A stretch of DNA of 64,000 nt from Sphyrna mokarran (taxonomy: Eukaryota): positions 102,734,001 through 102,798,000 of the forward strand of contig JAGIQG010000009.1 of the NCBI GenBank assembly GCA_024679065.1. The letters are read 5' to 3'. The first letter of the stretch is position 1. Each line of letters starts with the position of its first letter. Below are positions 25,007-38,110 of this stretch, one piece after another. The translations under genes and the position numbers were made by a program. Below the pieces are notes generated by a model. That model had not been told where the DNA came from and ran no database searches. It saw only the letters and a list, made by a program, of their open reading frames with translations.

Positions 25007-26457
25007 GTAAGTAGTTTCATTACATTGTCATTTGGAAATGTTGCCACTCATGAATTATTCAGTACCAAACTTAAGGTGACGCAGAATTTGTGGTGGTTGT
25101 TTTTGCTGAAGACAAAACTATATAAATGCCTTATCCCCAAGGCAAAAGAATCGAAATGCAAGATGTATAAACCAGACGCTGCAAATATCCCAGAGGGGGT
25201 GCAAAAGACCTATTTGAAGCTTATTGCTCCTGAGCCGAGCTACATCAGTGTAGTGATGAGGGGCAGCACAGTGGTTAGCACTGCTTCAACACAGTGCCAA
25301 AGTTCAATTCCTGGCTTGGGTCACTGTCTATATGGACTTTGCACATTCTCCCCATGGCAGCATGAGTTTCCTCCATGTGCTTTGGTTTCCTCCCACAGCC
25401 CAAAGGTGAGCAGGTTAGGTGGATTGGCCATGCTAAATTCTCCCTAATGTATCCAAACAGGTGTTGGACTATGGCAGCTAGGGGATTTTCACAGTAACTT
25501 CGTTCCGGTGTTAATGTAAACCTACTTGACTCAAACTTTAAGAGGAAAGAAAGATAATTTTAATGTGGCGTCATCAAGCGTGCACTGGTGACCTCCTGTA
25601 TGGAAGCAGGAGTAGGCCATTTAGCCTGCTTCGGTATTCACTGTGATCCTCTACCTCGGTGCCATACTATTGCTCTCTCTCCATAGTTCTTAATTCCTTT
25701 ACTGTCTAGAGATCTATTTTTAAGTTGCATTTAGAGCTCTGGCCTCCACAGCCTTCTGTAAAGAAAATTCATTCAGTCTTCAGTCCTAAATGGCCTACTC
25801 TATGTCCTGACATTGTGATCCCTTCTTCCAGGCTCATTCTTCCCTACACCAGAGATTACAGTATTCCTCTGTCTAGACTGTACAGCCCATTCAGCCTATT
25901 TATTTCCTTCTTACCACTCATTTCCATCCAGATGTTTCCTTGGTTAAAATTGCAGAATTATTCCAAAAAGATAATTAGTCATAGACTACTAAATAACCTC
26001 TTAGAAGAATTCACCACTTTCATGAGAAATTATCCAAACAAGCTAATCCAAAAAAAGCCGTAATCATACTCAGGAACTGATTTCACTATTATTGCTAATG
26101 TAGTTTGCACAGTCCGTGTGTAGATTAAAGTCACCCAGTTGTCAGTTGAGCGTAAATGTTGGACAAATTGAGCAATTGTGTATAAAGAAGCAGTGAATAT
26201 ATTTCAGGCCAGTGAGCTTTTGGAATGTAAAATGTTTGCTATTTCAGTTTCTGTAAGTGCTGCCTGATTTGAGTTTTGAGCATTTTGTTTCCGATGTCTA
26301 GCAACTACAAGATTTAGTTTAATTGACAGTGGAATCAAGTTTTGAGTTAATTTATTAGTATCACATATAGGCTTATATTAACACTACTGTGAAAGACCCT
26401 AGTCACCACACTGATACCTGTTCAGGTACACTGAAGGAGAATCCAGGGTTTCAGATA

Positions 26458-29400
26458 AACTGGGAGGACACACAAGATGTGGGAGGTGGTGTAGCTCTGA
26501 TGTTTAAGCATGACATCAGGGTGACAATGAGAGATGATATTGGTTCTATGGAGAAAAGCGTTATATCCATTTGGGTGGAAATAATAAGAAAAAGTCACTA
26601 AGTCTAGTCTATAGGCTGCCAAATAATATCACAGTGGGGCAAACAATAAACAAGGAAATATCTGACGCATGTAAAAATGGTGCAGCAGTTATCATGGGGG
26701 ACTTCAGTTGATTGGTCGAGGCAGCCATGAGGAGGAATTCATAGAATGTATCCACAATTGTTTCCTTGAACAAGATCAAATAAACCAATGAGGGAGCAAG
26801 CTACCCTAGATCTGATCCTGTCTGATGAGACAGGAATAATTGACAATCTCACAGTTAGAGATCCTCTCGGAAGGAGCGGTCACAGTATGATTGAATTTAA
26901 AATACAGATGAAGTGTGAAAAGGTAAAATCCAAATCAATCTCTTGTACTTAAACAAAGGAGACTACAACTGAACTAGGGGGGGCTGCTGGCTAACATAGA
27001 TTGGGAGCAAAACTTTATGGTGGGACAATTGAGGAACAGCAGAGGACTTTCAAAGCAATTTTTCAGTGCTCGGCAAAAGTATGTACCAGTGGTAAGAAAG
27101 GACTGTAGAAAATGAGATAATCAGTCATGGATATCCAAGGAAATAAAGGAGGGTATCAAATTAAAAGAATATATATATAAAGTAGCAAAGAATAGTGGGA
27201 AACTAAAGGATTGGGAAATTTTTAAAGGTCAACAGAGAGCCACAAAAATGCTATAAAGTAAGATAGATTGAGAATAAACTAGCTCAGAATATTAACAGGT
27301 AGAAAAGGTTTCTGTAAATATAGAAGAAAGTGGCTAAGCAAAACATTGGTCTTTCAGAGGATGAGAAGGGGGAATTTAATAATGGGAAATGAGAAAATGC
27401 AGAGACATTAAGCAGATATTTTGTGTTGGTCTTCACAGTGGAAGACAAATAATATGAAATTGGTGACAAGAAGGCTGTGGCGGATAAGGACCTAGAAATT
27501 ATCATTGTCACTAAGTAAGCAGTGTTGGGCAAGTTAATGGGGCTAAAGGTAGACAAATCTCCTGGACCCAATGGAATGCATTCTAGGTACTAAAAGTACA
27601 TAGAACACTACAGTACAAACAGGCCTTTTGACCCACAAATTGTGCTGATCATACCCATATTTACTAGGCCATAGAACTATCTGTAACTCCCAATCCCATT
27701 TAATCCCATGTGCTCATCCAGAAGTCGTTTAAAAAACCCCAGCGAGTTCACCTCACCACCACTGGCAGTAGATTCCATTCACTTACCACCCTCTTGGTGA
27801 AAAACGTACCCCCTAACATCTCCTCTGTACTTGGTGCCCAGCACCTTAAACCTGTGTCCTCTCAGTGACCATTTCAGCTCTGGGAAATAGCCTCCAAGAA
27901 TCCATCCTATCTACTCCTCTCAACATTTTATAAACGTTTATCAGGTCACCTCTCAACCTTCGTCTCTCCAAGACACCTAGCTCCCTCAACCTACCTTCAT
28001 AGGGCATGCCTCCCAATCGAGTCAACGTCCTTGTAAATCTCCTCTGTACCCTCTCTATAGCTTCCAAATCCTTCCTATAGTGAGGCGACCAGAACTGCAC
28101 AGTACTCTAAGTGGGGTCTGACAAGGTCTTATAAAGTTGCAGCATTATCTCCCAACTCCTAAACTCAATCCCTCAATTAATGAAGGCCAATACACCATAT
28201 GCCTTCTTGACCACATCCTCCACCTGCGGAGCTGATTTAAGAGTCCTACGGACTCAGACTCCCAGATCGTTCTGCTCCTCGGTACTGCTAAGACTCCTAC
28301 CCTTGATATTGTACTCCTTCATCCCATTGTTCCTGCCAAAATGGACCACTACACATTTATCTGCGGTGAAGAATGTCTGCACTTCTCCACCCATTCTTGC
28401 ATCTTATCTATGTCCTGCAGCAACTTCTGACATCCCTCCAAACTATCCATAACACCACCAACCTTCGTATCGTCGACGAACTTACTAACCCATCCTTGCA
28501 CTTCCTCATCCAGGTCATTCATGAAAATAACAAATAGCGAGGATCCTAGAACAAATCCCTGGGGCATTCCACTGGTGACCGAGCTCCATGCAGAAAAAGA
28601 CCTATTCACGGCCATTCTCTGCCTTCTACAAGCAAGCCAGTTCCAGATCCACAAGGCCAAAGCCCCTTGGATTCCATGCCCTTTCACCTTCTCAAGAAGT
28701 CTCATGTGGGGGATCTTATCAAACGCCTTGCTGAAATCCACATAAACCACTCTCTTCCTTCGTCAATGTGTTCAGTCACATTTTGAAAGAACTTGAAAGA
28801 AGCACGACTTTCCCTTGACAAAGCCATATTGAATATTTCTGATCAAGCTAAACTTCTCTAAATGCTCATAAATCCTGTCCCTCGGGATCCTCTCAATCAA
28901 CTTACTAACCATTGAGGTCAGACTCACTGGTTGGTAATTTCCCAGGCTATCTCTGTTCCCTTTCTTGAAAATAGGAACTACATCCGCAGTCCTCCGGAAC
29001 CTCTCCTGTCTCCATTGATGGCAGAAGGATCATTGCCAGGGGCTCTGCAATCTCTTCCCTCACCTCCCACAGTAACCTGGGGTACATCCCATCCGGTCCC
29101 GGCGACTTATTGATAGAATTTAAAAGTTCCAACACATCCTCTTTCTTAACATCCACGTACTCAATCTATGTACTCATTGGAATTCAGGAAAAACCTTATA
29201 GCTTTTTACACTTTTATACAATGTGTTATACTCATTGGAATTTAGAAAAATGATGGGGGGAATCTTATAAAAACATATATAAAATTATGAGAGTAGATAA
29301 GGTAGAAACCAGGAGGTTGTTTCTGCTGGCCTGAAAATAAGGGGGAATAGATTTAGGGCTCAGTTGAGGCCCTAAATCACAACTTTTTCTTCACAAGGTT

Positions 29401-29605
29401 GTGAATCTGCAGAATTCCCTGCCCAGTGAAGCCGTTGAGGTTACCTCATTGAATGCTTTTAAGGTAAAGAAAGATTTTTGAACAGTGAAGGAATTAAGGA
29501 TTATGGTGAGCGGGTGGATAAGTGGAGCTGAGTCTGTGAAAAGATCAGCCATGATCTTGTTGAATGGCGAAGCAGGCTTGAGGGGCGAAATCCTGCTCCT
29601 AGTTA
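26458..29605. mobile_element. Nested CR1s: old + strand element (about 26458-27595 and 29165-29605) interrupted by a - strand CR1 (about 27596-29165)
   Basis: + strand endonuclease remnants (GGGVAL, YRLPN, IMGDF, DKSPGP); - strand RT (VYVDFSKAFDKIPH, FVDDTK, KSPGPDG). Confidence 0.85.
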
Positions 29606-29954
29606 TGTTAATTTTGTATGGCCAATGCACCTAACCAGCACACCTTTCGGATTGTGAGAGGAAACTTGTGCAGACACAAGGTGAACATGTAGATTTCAGT
29701 GACCCAAGCCAAGAGTCAAACCCAGGTCTCTGACGCTGTGAGGCCGTAGTGCTAACCGTCATACCACCATAGTGCCCTTAGTCAACTAATCTGCTGTTGC
29801 CTTTATGTTAGAGAATTATGGCATCAGAAGTTCAGTTCAGAACTGATGTAGCAAGGTACCTGCTAAGGACAGAGTTCTAAGACTATACAAACTTAAGGTG
29901 AAGGAGTGAAGTTCTCATTGTTAGCCAGTTTTACCTTTTTCTTCTCTCTTGCAG

Positions 29955-30233
29955 AGCCACTTTCTGAAGCTTCAATCAATGATACCTGTGTGAATAATAC
30001 CATTAAACTGACCTGTCAAGTGGCAGTGGGGAAAGTAAGCTCCATTCTGTGGTGGAAGGATAGCAGAATAATAACAAGCGGTCAACACTATCAGTTGGTG
30101 CGAAACAACAGCATGTTGATTATTTTTGAAGCCAACAAATTAGGCTTTGGGATCTACACTTGCACCATGGAGAACCCTGTTAGTAAGAAGAACTGTTCAT
30201 TGTCTGTTAATTGGAACACTCTTTCTGTTTGCG
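29955..30233 (+). CDS. IgSF gene 1, C2-set domain exon
   Basis: Acceptor cttctctcttgcag|, donor G|GTGAGT, phase 1-1. IKLTCQV...ILWWKD...NNSMLII...GIYTCTMENPVS with the canonical Cys-Trp-Cys and the family-typical NPVS motif. Confidence 0.92.
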
Positions 30234-31995
30234 GTGAGTCAAGCCCATTCCATTTAGTAGTTAAGTTCAGTATTTTGTTTTTGTGCATTAAAATCAGTCT
30301 TGCAAAAGGTATAAAATCATATGATCCATTCAGTCTGCACCAACATGGAGAAACACCTGACCCCCCCCACCTAATCTCATCTACCAGGGCTTTAAACTGT
30401 CTGTGCTGTCTACCAGCACATGCAGACAGCTGTCTACAGCTGTCATGTGCTGTCTACCAGCACATGCCATGTGCTCATGCAGGTACTTTTTAAAGAATAT
30501 GAGGCAATCAGTCTCTATCATCCTTTGGGCAGCACATTCCAGACCGTCACCACCCTCTGAGTAAATTTTTTCCTCACATTTCTTTCTTTCCATCCCCCCT
30601 CCCTCTGCCATGTTCCCTCGTGACTGACTCTTCAACACATGGGAACAGCTGCTCCTTCTCCACTCTGCATGTGCCCCTCACAGTGGGTTATCTTTGTCTG
30701 ACAAGAAAAGAGCAAGATGGAAATTTACAGGTGGTGCATACTTCAGCGCCCAAATAAAAAAATCTGTCTGTTTACTTCAGAGTGTGGAAAGCTTTTCAGT
30801 GTGGGGCAATGGAATATTGATGAAGAATCATCCAGCCTTCTGCTTGTGGAATCCTGATAAATTGCTTGGGCGAATGGAGATTAGTTTACTTGTAAGGACA
30901 GAAAGAAGGGGTTCAGGGATATGCGGTTAAGTCCACAAAAGTTGTCAGTATTCTCACCCTCTTGAATTGCTTGGGGATCCTATAGCCATCAGTGTAGGGA
31001 AGTATGATCGATCTAACTAATTGAAAGTAATTCAAATTTTTGACAGGGTAGTCTGAGTACTGCTGAGATCCGCATAAGGAAGGACCTACTTTTTGCTGTT
31101 AAATTGTGAATGTTTGGTAGAAGCCTTAAGCACATTTTATAAAGCACCAGGCATAACTGTTGATGACACCAGTCTTAAAATTTCACAAAAATTCTTGTAT
31201 CTTAGTGAGCTTCTTGAGGGATGTGTCTTTTGATAATGACCTGTGCATGTATCCAGAAATAAAATTCTCCCCATAGCTAATTCCACAATCTTGTTTGCAA
31301 GCAGAACGGCATTAAACTGAAGGCTAAAATCAAAGTCTATCAAGTCATAATCCTCACTACTCTGTTGTATGGTACAGAATCCTGCACTCATGTAGGCAGC
31401 ACAGCAAAGTTCTGAAAGATTAGGTACATTCAGTTTGTTGTGCCTTCCATACAGTCTGTTTTAACCATTATATAATGGACAAAGGATTGCAAGTAGACTT
31501 CTTGGTAGTACAACAACATTTACTTAAACACATAATTAATAGTCACCCAGAAATACTAAAGTTCAAGCCCAGTACTAGACCTTGACTTAACTTTTGTGTG
31601 ACTGGCAAGGACCTAGGCAGTTATTGGCCTTCATCCACATGTTGGTCTCTGTCGTGCTCTGTGTATCTGGTCCTTTCGCCTGGTCTGACACTCTGGCCTT
31701 TTCTACTTCTTGAGTGTGGTGGCTCTCCTTTTGCTGGTGATAGTCACCATTGTTGTTGCTCATTCATGGAGTCAGGGAGAAAGCTTCTTCTGTTGTGCAG
31801 CACCTTTTGTCCCTCCTCGGTTTTGTGTCCTTTTGGGCAGTCTCTTGACTCTTGTCAATCAATTGATCAGGGCTTAATCATCCTGATCGATGAGTTCAAT
31901 CAGGTGCTGCCACACAATCTCTGGGTGTGTATCCAATGGTGATGCTTGTAGGTGCTGGAGGCATGTAAGTTACATACTTCCCAAATAAGGACATT

Positions 31996-32610
31996 AAGTA
32001 GTCTCACAACACCGGATCAAAGTCCAACAGGTTTATTTGGTAGCACGGGCTTTCAGAGCATTGCCAGGTGAATGAAGAATTCAGTTCACAAACAGGGCAT
32101 CTATAGACACAAACTCAATTACAAGATAATGGTTGGAATGCGAGTCTTTATAGGTAATCAAATCTTTACAGATGCAAACAATGTGAGCAGAGAGAGGGTT
32201 AAGTACAGGTTAAAGTGATGTGAATTGTCTCCAGCTAGGATAGTTCATGAGATTTTGCAAGCCTCAACCCAGATCTTGGGTTCGTGTCACACTATCTGTA
32301 ACCCCCGCAACTTGCTTGGGTTTGCAAAATCTCACTAACTATCTTGGCTGGAGACAATTCACACTTTAACCTGTGCTTAACCTTCTCTGCATTCACGTTG
32401 TCTCCATCTGTAAAGACCTGATTACCTGTAAAGACTTACATTCCAACATTTCCTTGCATTGAGTTTGTGTCTATATATGCCCTGTTTGTGAACTGAATTC
32501 TTCATTCACCTGATGAAGGGGCAACGCTCCAAAAACTTGGGCTACGAAATAAACCTGTTGGACTCTAACCTGGTGTTGTGAGACTACTTACTTGCATCTC
32601 CACATCATTC
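31996..32610. mobile_element. Penelope pLTR inverted-repeat (palindromic) element
   Basis: Begins taagtagtctcacaacacc and ends ggtgttgtgagactactta; roughly 260-bp arms around a short asymmetric centre. Confidence 0.8.
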
Positions 32611-33094
32611 CAGATAAGGAGTTAAAGCTCCCCTTTGTCTGGTAAACAAATATGTTTGAGCACAGTGTCTATTGTATTTGGGATAGCCTATTTTTTCAAT
32701 GTTCAGTCATCTGAGCTGCAGCCTATTTATCTTGGTCTACTGTTTCAATGCCTGTCCAATAAGCCCAACATACTCTGTAAATTACCATTTTAGGTGGCCT
32801 CTTTGGTCGCAAGTCCCATCAATATTAACCTTTTAGCACCAGATTAAAGTGCATATTTTGGTGCTCAGAGCTTTGGATAATTTCTGTTCATTTGAAGAAT
32901 GATAATTATCAACCTTTTGTATTATGGTTCAATTAATTTAAGTACAGATAATATATTATAATGTAAGTTGTGCACTTAAATCAAAACTGTTTGTGTTGTA
33001 AGTGTTTCAGGATCTGTTGCATTATGCTTATTGTATTATTTACTTCACGACCTGCAGTGAAAAAGCAGTGCTTCTTTCCAATCTTTCCTGTCCC

Positions 33095-34990
33095 TTCCAT
33101 CAGTGATAGGGGAAATCATTGGAGAGGATTCTTCGAGACAGGATTTATTCCCACTTGGAAATAGATGGACGTATTAGGGAGAGGCAACATAGTTTTGTGA
33201 AGGGGAGGTTGTGTCCCAAACTTGATCAAGTTTTTTTGAGTAAGTGACGAAGATGATTGAGGGTAGAGCAGTGGATGTTGTCTACATGGATTTCAGTAAG
33301 GCCTTTGACAAGGTCTGTCTAACAGGCAGACTGATGAAATCACGTGGGATCAGAAGTGAACTGGCAAGATGAATACAAAACTGACTCGGCCAAAGAACAG
33401 TAAGAAGTCTCACAATACCAGGTTAAAGTCCAACAGATTTATTTGGTAGCAAATGCCATTAGATAAGTGAGAGTTCTGCTCTCAAACAGAGCATACAAAG
33501 GCACAAACTCAATTTACAGAAGAATGATTGGAATGCAAATCTTTACAGCTAATAAAGTCTTAAAACCTCTGATCTTTGGGTAAGTGTTCTCCAAGGCAAC
33601 CTTCATGACACACAGCGCAGAGTCACCAAGCAGATATTGATAGCCAAGTTCTGCACACATGAGCACGGCCTCAACTTGGATGTTAGGTTCACGTCACACT
33701 ATTTGTAACCTCTACGACTTGCCTGGACTTGCAAAATCTCACTAACTGTTCTATCTGGAGGCAATACACATCTCTTTAACCTGTGCTTAATGCTGTCTCC
33801 ACTCATGTCTGTATCGTTAAGACTTGATTAGCTGTAAAGATTTGCATTCCAATCATTATTCTGTAAATTGAGTTTGTGTCTTTATATGCCCTGTTTGTGA
33901 ACAGAACTCCCACTTACCTGACAAAGAAGCAGCGCTCTTAAAGCTAGTGGCATTTGTTACAAATCATGTTGGTCAAAGAAGACAGAGGGTAGAAGTGGAA
34001 GGGTGCGTTTCTGAATGGAGGGACGTGAGAAGTGGCACTCCTCAGGGATTAGAACTGAGACCTTTGCTGTTTGTAATCTGTATAAATGATTTGGAGGAAA
34101 ATATAACTGGTTTGATTAATAAGTTTGTGGACGACACAAAGATTGGTGAATTTGCAGATAGCGATGAGGTCCATCGAGAATACAGCGGGATATAGGTCAG
34201 TTAGACTTGTGGGGAGAAATGCCGAATGGATCTTAATTCAGACAAATGTGAAATAATGCATTTTGGAAGCTTTAATACAGGTAGAAAATACACAATAAAT
34301 GGTAGAATATTGGCAAAGGGATCTGGGTGTACAGATACAAGGTCACTGAAAGTGGCAATGGTAGTCAAGAAGGCATATGGCATGCTTGCCTTCATCAGCT
34401 AGGGCATTGAGTTTAGAAATTGACAGCCATGTTGCACCTTTTATAGAACCTTGGGCCGCACTTCAATTCTGGTCGTCACACTACCAGAAGGATGTGGAGG
34501 CTTTGGAGAGAGTACAGAAAAGATTTACCAGGATGTTGCCTGCTATGGAGGACATTAGCTATGAGGAAAGGTTGGAGAAACTTGGTTTGTTCTCACTGGA
34601 ACGCTTCAGAAGTTGAGGGGTGACCTAATAGAAGTCTATAAGATTGAGAAGCATGGACAGAGGGATAGTCAGCAGCTTTTTCCCAGGGTGGAAGAGTCAA
34701 TTACTTGGGGGCACAGTTTTAAGATGGGAGGGGTAAGATTTAAAGGAAATGTACAAAGCAGATTTTTTACACAGTAGTGGGTCACTGGGAACCCATTGCC
34801 CGGGGAGTTAGTGAAAGCAGATATGGTGTTAACTTTTAAGGGGCGTCTTGACATCCACGAATGGGATGGCGATAGAGGGATATGGTCCCCGGAAGGGTAG
34901 GGGGTTTTTTTTTTTTTTGTTCAGTCGGGTAGCATGGTCAGTGCAGGCTTGGAAAGCCGAAGGGCCTGATCCTGTGCTGTAATTTGTTCT
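33095..34990 (+). mobile_element. Degenerate CR1 RT/3' fragment interrupted by an inverted Penelope element (about 33398-33965)
   Basis: YMDFSKAFDKV before the insert; RRQRVEVEG, KFVDDTK and ERVQKRFTRM after it. Confidence 0.85.
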
Positions 34991-35872
34991 TTCTTCTGCA
35001 CTTGCTCCTTTAAATGAGCAGATGATAGATTGCCCTGAAACTGCAAAACCAATTCTTTCAACATCAGGTCATCAGAGGACTATTGCTTATTAATCCTCTT
35101 CAAATTAATGGACAGAGAATGCATTTGACCTCTACAGTGCTGAAAGGAGGCCATTTGGACTTTTGAGTCTGACTTCAACAGAATATCTTACTTGAGCCCA
35201 ACCCTTTCCTATCCCAGTTACACCATGCACTTAACCCACTAATCCACATAACCTACCCATATTTGGACACTAAGGGGCTTTAGCATATCAGTCCATCTAA
35301 TCTGCACGTTTCTGGACTGTGGTAGAAACAGAGCAGTCGGAGGAAACACACGCAGACGTAGGAGAATGTACACACTCTGTACGGGCAGTCACCCAAGACT
35401 GGAATTGACTCCATGTCACTGAATCTGAGGCAGCAGTGCAAATCACTGTGCTACCATACCACCAGTGCATGTATATCCAGATGTGTAAACAGATGCTTCC
35501 AACAATGCAGCTTTGGTGTACCAATTGTGGTTTATAGCAGCAGCCATTGTTTCAGAAATTAGATCTCTGGTCTCCAGGCATCTATATATATATTGATTAA
35601 AGCAATTCTCTCATGGCATTGTCGAATGTAACCTGCTGTCTTACAAAGATAAATCTGCTGAGACTTATTTTCAGACAGCAAAATCTTGATATCAGATGTA
35701 TTGGAGATGGTACAGGCAGTGCAGATTGGGAACCAAAGATTTCTTGTGGTTGTGATATAATCAAGATGTCACTGCTGAATGCCTAGATACTTTCTATAGC
35801 GTGATGGTGTGTTGTAGTGAGATTTTCAGTGAATGTTTGATTAAAACTGTGTTTATGTACGATCTATTTTAG

Positions 35873-35962
35873 GTGAAGAGTGTGAGCCATCAGAATCGAC
35901 AAACAACGTTAAAATCATAGTTTTTACTGTAATGGTGCCATTCTTTGCACTGCTAATCATAT
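35873..35962 (+). CDS. IgSF gene 1, stalk + transmembrane exon
   Basis: ttttag| acceptor, T|GTAAGT donor, phase 1-1; GEECEPSESTNNVKIIVFTVMVPFFALLII. Confidence 0.82.
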
Positions 35963-36207
35963 GTAAGTATTGACGATGCAGTCAGTTTCATTTTAAAACT
36001 GTTGTTCTGGCTACAAAATAGAAATAAATTGTGATTGACTGAAACTTTTGACCTCACTCCATGACCACATCAGGAGTACGTATTGAGAGTTTTGTACCTT
36101 TAGTAGTTAGCTTTGACTATCCACTAGGTTTTACTAATTGTTAAAAACAGGAGTGGAGGTTAATTTAAGCAACACTAATGTATCCTCTCTTTACCTGTCT
36201 TCAACAG

Positions 36208-36243
36208 GGTTTTAGTTTTCTTGCACCTTTTTAAGTGGTAGTT
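36208..36243 (+). CDS. Candidate alternative micro-exon giving W-F-stop after the TM segment
   Basis: cactaat branch-like site, long pyrimidine tract, caacag| acceptor; GTT|GTAAGT donor at 36244; TAG at 36213-36215 in the incoming frame. Confidence 0.4.
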
Positions 36244-37020
36244 GTAAGTTTTTTGGGTTTCCAAGTTGTAAGTTTTTAAATTACAAACTCATAAGCTCAG
36301 AATTTCTGAAGTAAGATTTTATGTATGCAATGAAGACGATATGGAAGTTCCTCTTGTAGCCCAACCTGGCCTAAAGAAATCTATTTGTTTGCTTGGTCGA
36401 ATAAATTTTGATTAATATATAGCCAATTGTCCACCTTGCATTTTCCTTACTGCATTTCTTTCTTTGGGCTATCTTATTTCTGTTTGCTGTTCTTTTTAAA
36501 GACAACAGACCTGTGGCTGCAGAATCCATGCCATAACATTTGGAAGGGGTTAACGTTTCTGGAAATTCTTCTCTCCAGCAGGGGCAGCAAAATAAGCAGA
36601 TCAATAATATGGAAATGGGTGTTGATGCAAGTTGTTCCAGTTTGGTACGCTGCTAAAATTTGGAAGGAAATTGCAGACTGATACTCTAATAGGCAGCACA
36701 GTGACATAGTGGTTAGCACTGATGCCTCACAGTGCCAGGGACTTGGATTTGATTCCTGGCTTGGGGTTACTGACTGTGCACATTCTCCCTGTGTCTGCAT
36801 AGGGTTGCTTCAGTTTCCTTCCACCATCTAAAAGATGTGCTGGTTAGATGCCTCAGGCATGTTATAATCTCCCTCAGTGTACCGGATCAGATGCTGGAGT
36901 GTGGCTACTAAGGGATTTTCACAGTAACTTCATTACGGTATTAAATTAAGTGTATTTGTGACTAATAAACGTAAAAATGTAATCAATTCAATATGATTCA
37001 TTATATGTTGCAATCAACAG

Positions 37021-37052
37021 GTTGGATGTGCAAAAAAAAAATGGAAAACTAG
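37021..37052 (+). CDS. IgSF gene 1, TM end and short cytoplasmic tail CWMCKKKMEN* (exon runs to 37095)
   Basis: caacag| acceptor, CAT|GTAAGT donor at 37096; completes the hydrophobic helix and adds a KKK stop-transfer cluster. Confidence 0.65.
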
Positions 37053-37717
37053 ATTCAGCCATCCTGTCCTATTTGAAAACACCATAAAATGTCATGTAAG
37101 TATTTTGATCAAATGCAAATGACAAATTAGATATACATGTGTTTCTCTGAAACTTTCTATAAGTGAACATTCTTATAAGTGCAACAACTAGAACTGCTCC
37201 ACTATCTGTCAGAATGCATCCATGTCATAGTTTGTTACCAGAGATAGATAGCTAAATGGGGATTATTTTACTATTAAGTCACGTTTACTATCTAAAAATA
37301 AAATTAAATAAAACCCAATTCCCTCCATGTAGGCAGCCTAGAGGATTAAATATTCAACACTAGAAAGCTGAAACTTGTAACCAATTTGTCTTTATCAAAT
37401 TGCAATAAATGATCTTTTATGGGCCTAAACTTTACTAAGTGGGGCAATTCTGAAACTGCTGCATGTATAGAGATAAAATGCAATATTGTTGTGTAAGGGC
37501 ATTTGTTAGATGGGTTAATGACATGGTTTACAAAAATATCTTGGCCATTAGCTTTTTCTGAAGGGGGAGGGGAACCTTAAACCTAATGTACAAGGAACAA
37601 TCAAATACATATCACCAACTGTTTGGAACTGTGCTTTTCATCATTTTTGTATCCAAAAAAATTGGGTTTTTCTGCCATTTGCAGACATTTTAATCCTCTT
37701 TCTCTCCTTTTCTGTAG

Positions 37718-38110
37718 GAGCCAAAATCCAGAAGTGCTGATCGGGGAGTACAACTTAAAAGAAAAACTGTAACGGTGATTTTAACTATCTGTGAGCATGG
37801 TACTACCAAAACAGTTTTGTTTTGTGAGCAGAACGTGGGCCAAATTTTTTTAGCTTCTTTTGATCTTTGTACATTTTAATTTGCAAGTGCATATAGGTGT
37901 TGAAACAGAGTGGTATACTGGCTGGGCCGTTTTGCACAATTTTTATGGCTGGGCCGTTTTGCACAATTTTTATGGCTGGGCCGTTTTGCACAATTTTTAT
38001 GGCTGGGCCGTTTTGCACAATTTTTATGGCTGGGCCGTTTTGCACATTTATACACACTTTAACTTGTACATAAGATGTATTGTTTAATTTATAGATTCTA
38101 AATAAATCTC
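37718..38110 (+). other. Probable last exon / 3' UTR of gene 1
   Basis: Strong acceptor cctctttctctccttttctgtag| and AATAAA at about 38101; coding status depends on upstream frame. Confidence 0.5.
37920..38046 (+). repeat. Perfect 27-bp minisatellite x4.7
   Basis: GGCTGGGCCGTTTTGCACAATTTTTAT repeated head to tail with no spacers. Confidence 0.95.

Noticed and set aside
37920-38046. CRISPR-like array or GWAVLHNFY repeat protein
   Set aside because: Units are contiguous with no spacers, there are no cas genes, the DNA is eukaryotic, and the ORFs are a by-product of a 27-bp period.
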